Source of the DNA: a virus
Virus record (IMG/VR): IMGVR_UViG_3300020438_004435
Length of the DNA stretch: 64,000 bases
Reading direction: 5' to 3' (one strand)
Made by a program: the position numbers and the translations under genes. This document shows, piece by piece, positions 59,393 through 64,000 of this stretch (its first letter is position 1; each line of letters starts with the position of its first letter). The notes under the pieces were generated by a model. The model saw only the letters and a list, made by a program, of their open reading frames with translations, was not told where the DNA came from and ran no database searches.

Positions 59393-62300
59393 TTATGATC
59401 TCAATACGTAAGCGTTAGAAGGATTAAAATATAATGTATTATTAGTAGCATCTACTACATGACCTATAATTCTAGTATAATCGCCGGATGCTCCAATAGC
59501 TTCAGCCATGTCTCCTGGTGTTGTAGAAAGATACACCTTACCACCTCTAGTACTCAATGCAGTGGAGGATCTAATGAATCCTCTAATTAACATTCCAGAT
59601 GCATCAGAACTGTTTCCACAAGCTACAGCTAACATACCCGTAGATGCTGCTAATGTATCTGCATCTGTATGTGTCCATCCTCCAGATGAATTTAGATAAT
59701 ATAAATCTCCTGCAGTTGTATCCGTGTTACCAAAATATACAACCTCACCCTCATGTTCACCTGCTGCAGAGAAGTTTAATACATTATTTTGATATATTCT
59801 ATCTCCTGATATAGATCCTGATACTCCTCCAGTTGCAGAAATTACACCTGATGCAGAAACAAATCCAGTAATACTTGTATCACCTTCTAACTGAATATCA
59901 CTAGCAGCATCTAAAGTAATTGTTGTAGCAGCTACCTCTATATCATTTGCAGTTGGAGAATTAATAAAAGCATTAGCATCTCTAAATTGTAATTTGGTAG
60001 TAGTTCCAAAGGTTTTTACACCAGTAAATGTTTGTGCTGTAGTTAGGTGAGCTGTATCAGCATCCATATTTGCTGAAGCTAAAATACCTGTAACACCTAT
60101 AGAAGTAGCATTAGCTGCGCCAGTAAAACCTTGAGCAGCTTCTGAACCTAAAGCAACTTGTAAATTTCTTGATGTTTCTAAAGCTGTTGCAGTATTAGCA
60201 TTACCAGTTGTGTCTGCATTCTTTTGAGCGAATCTTGCACCAATGGCTTTAGAAGACATTATGTGTGCATCCGCATCTACAAATTCAGAGGCAATATCAA
60301 TGTCATCAATTGTGTGACCACCAATTGTATAATTTGCTGAGATTAAAGTGCCCGTTATTGCTGCATCACCTAATACATTTAATCTACTTGAACTTACAGT
60401 TCCATTTACGGTTAATCCAATTACATTTGGTTTTGCATTTAGAATACCAACTGATTCCATAAATACTGATTTACCTGAACCGAATCCTCCAAAACTTGAA
60501 CTAGTAAATAAAGTATAAGCTTGATTTTCAGCTGGATTTGTAGCTTCAGGTCCTTCTGCTCCTCCAAACATATTCAGGATATATGCTCCAGCAACATCTG
60601 GATGTGCTTGACCGCCTCCAGCTACACCAGTTCCATCATTAGAGATCGAAGAAAGTGTTCCTGATACTGTATGATAAACTCCCAGTAGCTTCTCATTTGA
60701 TCCATTTGTATAAGCTTTCTTTAATCTAACAGTATTTACAATACCATATAAACGTTTAGATCCACCAGTGTCATTAACCTCGGTTACCATTCTGATACCA
60801 GACATATTTCTATTACCGCCCCAACCGGTCGTTTCAGCCAATTTAATAGATGAGGTTGCATTATAAGGTACAGCTGAACCACCTAGAGATGTAATTTGTC
60901 CTTTCATTTCAAAATATGCTGCTGCATTGTCATCACCATATTGAGGATGGCCAGCACCTTGAACAAATAATCCAGTTTGTAATTCTCCATTAGAACTATT
61001 ATCATATGGAGTAAATTGTATTACTGCAGCTGGGCGTATTACTGATTCCTGACCATATCCTGTATACTCATCATCTCCATCAGCTATAGAATCAATAACC
61101 TCTAATTTTCCTGATATATCAATACCGCCAGTATTTACTTCTACAATTTCTGTGGATCCTGCATCTAATATTATTTTATCATCTGTAGTAAAGTCTATAG
61201 TGGTATCATTGGCTGCTCTACCAATTATCGTACCAGTATTATATAATGTTGTAATACCAGTTTGTGCTCCTGATGCAGCTGGAGCCGATCCCCATGATAT
61301 ATCTGTTCCATCGCTTAATAAAACTTCACCATTACTTCCAAGAGCTAATGCGGCAGGATCTCCACTTGCATCTCCATAAATTATTTTTCCTCTGGCTAAT
61401 CCTGCCATCTTTGCAAGAGTAACTTGGTTATCACCAATGTGAGCTGTATCAACTGCTCCTGCAGCTAATTCATCAGAATCAACAGCATCGTCGGCTAACA
61501 TCGCATTTGTTATACCAGCTGCTTTTACTCTGATAGCATCAGAATTTATTTCAATTGAACTATCATCAACACCTACTGCTAATACACCACTACTTACGGC
61601 TAGACCATCTCCAGCTAGAAAAGTTCCCAATCTAGAAATATCTGATCTTCTAATTGTTCCAGCATCGCTAATTATAAATTCGTCAGTAGCCGCAATTGCA
61701 GCTCCAATATCCGTAAGACCTGAAACGATATTATTATTAAGCATCGAACCTTCTACTGAAGTTGCTGCTATTGTTAAAGCGCCAGCTGATAAACTAGCAT
61801 CACCTGATAATGTAGTCCATGAAGGATCGCCGTTTGCATCTGCAACAAGTATCTTACCATTTGCTCCTGCAGCTAATGCACTAGGATCTCCACTAGCATC
61901 ACCAACAATTATTTTACCACGAGCTAGGCCTGCCATTTTAGCTAGAGTAACCGCGTTATCAGCTATCTCATCTGTATCAGCGGCATTATCAGCTAACATT
62001 GCATTTGTTATACCCGCTGCCTTAACCCTAATGGCATCAGAATTTATTTCAATTGATGAATCATCAACTCCTACCGCAAGAACTCCACTTGATACAGCTA
62101 GGCCATCTCCTGCTAGGAATGTTCCTAATCTTGATATATCAGATCTTCTAATTGTTCCAGCATCACTAATAATAAATTCATCTGTTGCAGCTATCGCGGC
62201 ACCTATATCTGTTAATCCAGATACTATATTATTATTTAACATTGATCCTTCAACTGTAGTAGCCCCTATTGTAAGTGCTCCTGCAGATAATGTTAAATCA

Positions 62301-64000
62301 CCAGATACTGTTGTCCAAGATAAATCCCCATTGGCATCAGCTACTAATATTTTTCCGTTTGCTCCTGCTGCTAATGCTGCTGGATCCCCAGAAGCATCTC
62401 CATAAATTATTTTACCACGTGCAAGACCTGCCATTTTAGCTAGAGTAACTTGATTATCGGCGATATGCGCAGTATCAACTGCCCCGGCTGCTAATTCATC
62501 GGAATCAACTGCGTCATCTGCTAACATTGCGTTTGTTATACCTGCCGCTTTGACCCTAATAGCATCTGAAGATATTTCTATAGAACTATCATCAACCCCA
62601 ACAGCTAGCACTCCACTACTCACCGCTAATCCGTCACCTGCTAGGAATGTTCCTAATCTGGAAACATCGGTTCTTCTAATTGTGCCGGCATCACTTATTA
62701 TGATTTCATCTGTAGAAGCTATTGCAGCTCCAATATCCGTAAGGCCAGATACTATATTATTATTAAGCATTGACCCTTCGATTGATGTTGCAGCAATTGT
62801 TAAAGCCCCAGCTGATAAACTAGCATCTCCAGAAAGAGTAGTCCAAGATAAATCTCCATTGGCATCAGCTACTAATATTTTTCCATTTGCCCCTGCAGCT
62901 AATGCACTAGGATCACCCGATGAGTCTCCAACTATTATTTTTCCTCTAGCTAGTCCTGCCATTTTGGCTAACGTTATTTGATTGTCGGCAATATGTGCTG
63001 TGTCTATAGAACCATCTGCATAGTGTTCAGAGTCAATTGAATCATTAGCTATTTTAGATCCATCAATTGCATCAGCGGCGATATAGTCTGCTGCTATTGC
63101 AGTTCCTTGCCAAGTTCCTGTTCCAATTGTTCCTACTGTTGTTAAACTGGTGTTCCCTGCTATTGGGGAATAGATTGCAGTTAGGTTTGAACCGGCTACA
63201 TAGATAGCTCTACCAACTGTCATATCAAGACCAATATCTGTATTATCAGATACTACTTTAGATGTATGCACTCTTGTAAATGTTCCCCTACCCATTGATG
63301 CGGTTGCTGCTGAACTACCTGTAATATTTCCTGACATACTGATAGCGCCAACAAACATATCGCCATAATTACTAGGCTTCGATCCACTACCAACTATTAA
63401 GGTATTAAATGAACCACTTGTAAATGATCCAAAACTTCCACTTACTGTTCCATGGACATTTAATCCAGTAGAATGAACTAATGCAGTCTCAACATTATCT
63501 ATATCAAATATTATTTTATCATCAGTTCCGAAATCAATAGTATTATTTTGAGAATTTCCACCAATGATCAAACTATTGTGTTTAATAGAGGTTATTCCTG
63601 TTTGTGCTCCAGATGCTGCTGGTGCTGATCCCCATGATATGTCTGTTCCATCACTTAATAAAACTGTACCATTACTTCCAAGAGCTAATGCGGCAGGATC
63701 TCCACTTGCATCTCCATAAATTATTTTTCCTCTGGCTAATCCAGCCATTTTAGCAAGAGTAACTTTATTTGCACCTATTGTAGTTGCACCATCACCAGTA
63801 ATTGTTACGTCTCCACTCATTGCTGTAGAGGTTGCTTCATTGCCAGCATTTCCTATTAATATATTACCATCATTAAGGGCTGCTAATTTTGTAAATGCTA
63901 TAGCGGCTGAAGCTGCTACTGAGGCATTGACAACTGCATTTGAAGCTAATTTATCTGCGTCAACCGCATCGTCGGCTATCATTGCCGTAGCAATTCCTCC
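59393..64000 (-). CDS. Long fibre protein with tandem modules, probably 5'-partial
   Basis: Frame is open to the window end; five TLAKMAGLARGKII motifs; A/G/S/T/D-rich. Confidence 0.85.
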   Translation of the reverse strand, partial: GGIATAMIADDAVDADKLASNAVVNASVAASAAIAFTKLAALNDGNILIGNAGNEATSTAMSGDVTITGDGATTIGANKVTLAKMAGLARGKIIYGDASGDPAALALGSNGTVLLSDGTDISWGSAPAASGAQTGITSIKHNSLIIGGNSQNNTIDFGTDDKIIFDIDNVETALVHSTGLNVHGTVSGSFGSFTSGSFNTLIVGSGSKPSNYGDMFVGAISMSGNITGSSAATASMGRGTFTRVHTSKVVSDNTDIGLDMTVGRAIYVAGSNLTAIYSPIAGNTSLTTVGTIGTGTWQGTAIAADYIAADAIDGSKIANDSIDSEHYADGSIDTAHIADNQITLAKMAGLARGKIIVGDSSGDPSALAAGANGKILVADANGDLSWTTLSGDASLSAGALTIAATSIEGSMLNNNIVSGLTDIGAAIASTDEIIISDAGTIRRTDVSRLGTFLAGDGLAVSSGVLAVGVDDSSIEISSDAIRVKAAGITNAMLADDAVDSDELAAGAVDTAHIADNQVTLAKMAGLARGKIIYGDASGDPAALAAGANGKILVADANGDLSWTTVSGDLTLSAGALTIGATTVEGSMLNNNIVSGLTDIGAAIAATDEFIISDAGTIRRSDISRLGTFLAGDGLAVSSGVLAVGVDDSSIEINSDAIRVKAAGITNAMLADNAADTDEIADNAVTLAKMAGLARGKIIVGDASGDPSALAAGANGKILVADANGDPSWTTLSGDASLSAGALTIAATSVEGSMLNNNIVSGLTDIGAAIAATDEFIISDAGTIRRSDISRLGTFLAGDGLAVSSGVLAVGVDDSSIEINSDAIRVKAAGITNAMLADDAVDSDELAAGAVDTAHIGDNQVTLAKMAGLARGKIIYGDASGDPAALALGSNGEVLLSDGTDISWGSAPAASGAQTGITTLYNTGTIIGRAANDTTIDFTTDDKIILDAGSTEIVEVNTGGIDISGKLEVIDSIADGDDEYTGYGQESVIRPAAVIQFTPYDNSSNGELQTGLFVQGAGHPQYGDDNAAAYFEMKGQITSLGGSAVPYNATSSIKLAETTGWGGNRNMSGIRMVTEVNDTGGSKRLYGIVNTVRLKKAYTNGSNEKLLGVYHTVSGTLSSISNDGTGVAGGGQAHPDVAGAYILNMFGGAEGPEATNPAENQAYTLFTSSSFGGFGSGKSVFMESVGILNAKPNVIGLTVNGTVSSSRLNVLGDAAITGTLISANYTIGGHTIDDIDIASEFVDADAHIMSSKAIGARFAQKNADTTGNANTATALETSRNLQVALGSEAAQGFTGAANATSIGVTGILASANMDADTAHLTTAQTFTGVKTFGTTTKLQFRDANAFINSPTANDIEVAATTITLDAASDIQLEGDTSITGFVSASGVISATGGVSGSISGDRIYQNNVLNFSAAGEHEGEVVYFGNTDTTAGDLYYLNSSGGWTHTDADTLAASTGMLAVACGNSSDASGMLIRGFIRSSTALSTRGGKVYLSTTPGDMAEAIGASGDYTRIIGHVVDATNNTLYFNPSNAYVLRS
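61328..63742. repeat. Fibre repeat region: three tandem 498-528 nt modules bracketed by a 75-nt exact direct repeat
   Basis: 61328..61402 is identical to 63668..63742; KMAGLARG motifs near 62960, 62432, 61934 and 61406. Confidence 0.9.

Noticed and set aside
61300-63800. Fibre repeats as diversity-generating retroelement TR/VR
   Set aside because: Differences are mainly synonymous rather than adenine-specific, all copies are within one ORF, and no reverse transcriptase is in the window

Overview
This 64-kb AT-rich window comes from a large T4-like (far-T4 type) myovirus, and essentially all real genes are on the minus strand. From 1 to 9.4 kb is an accessory/replication region with small ORFs, three tRNAs (Arg-TCT, Glu-TTC, Ala-TGC), an ATP-dependent DNA ligase and a thumbless family A polymerase-like gene. 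From 9.4 to 38 kb is a contractile-tail module: baseplate genes, tape measure, a tail chaperone with a -1 frameshift, tail tube, two tandem sheath genes, a large fibre and neck genes. From 38 to 48.5 kb is the head module: PhoH, major capsid, scaffold, phage ribosomal protein bS21, prohead protease, portal and large terminase. From 48.5 to 64 kb are putative head-packaged proteins, membrane proteins, a nucleotidyltransferase-ligase fusion, a P-loop kinase and a repeat-rich fibre. Five promoters of the form (T)TTG-N20-TATATTTA point to a Bacteroidota host. The leading hypothesis is a translational switch. Accessory genes and bS21 itself have A-rich leaders with no Shine-Dalgarno (SD) sequence, while most structural genes carry strong GGAG-type SDs. 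The phage bS21 appears to lack the tyrosine that helps hide the anti-SD in Bacteroidota ribosomes. The second hypothesis is a set of protease-processed, virion-delivered nucleotide/RNA-repair-like enzymes. All family calls come from motif recognition by eye; no searches were run.
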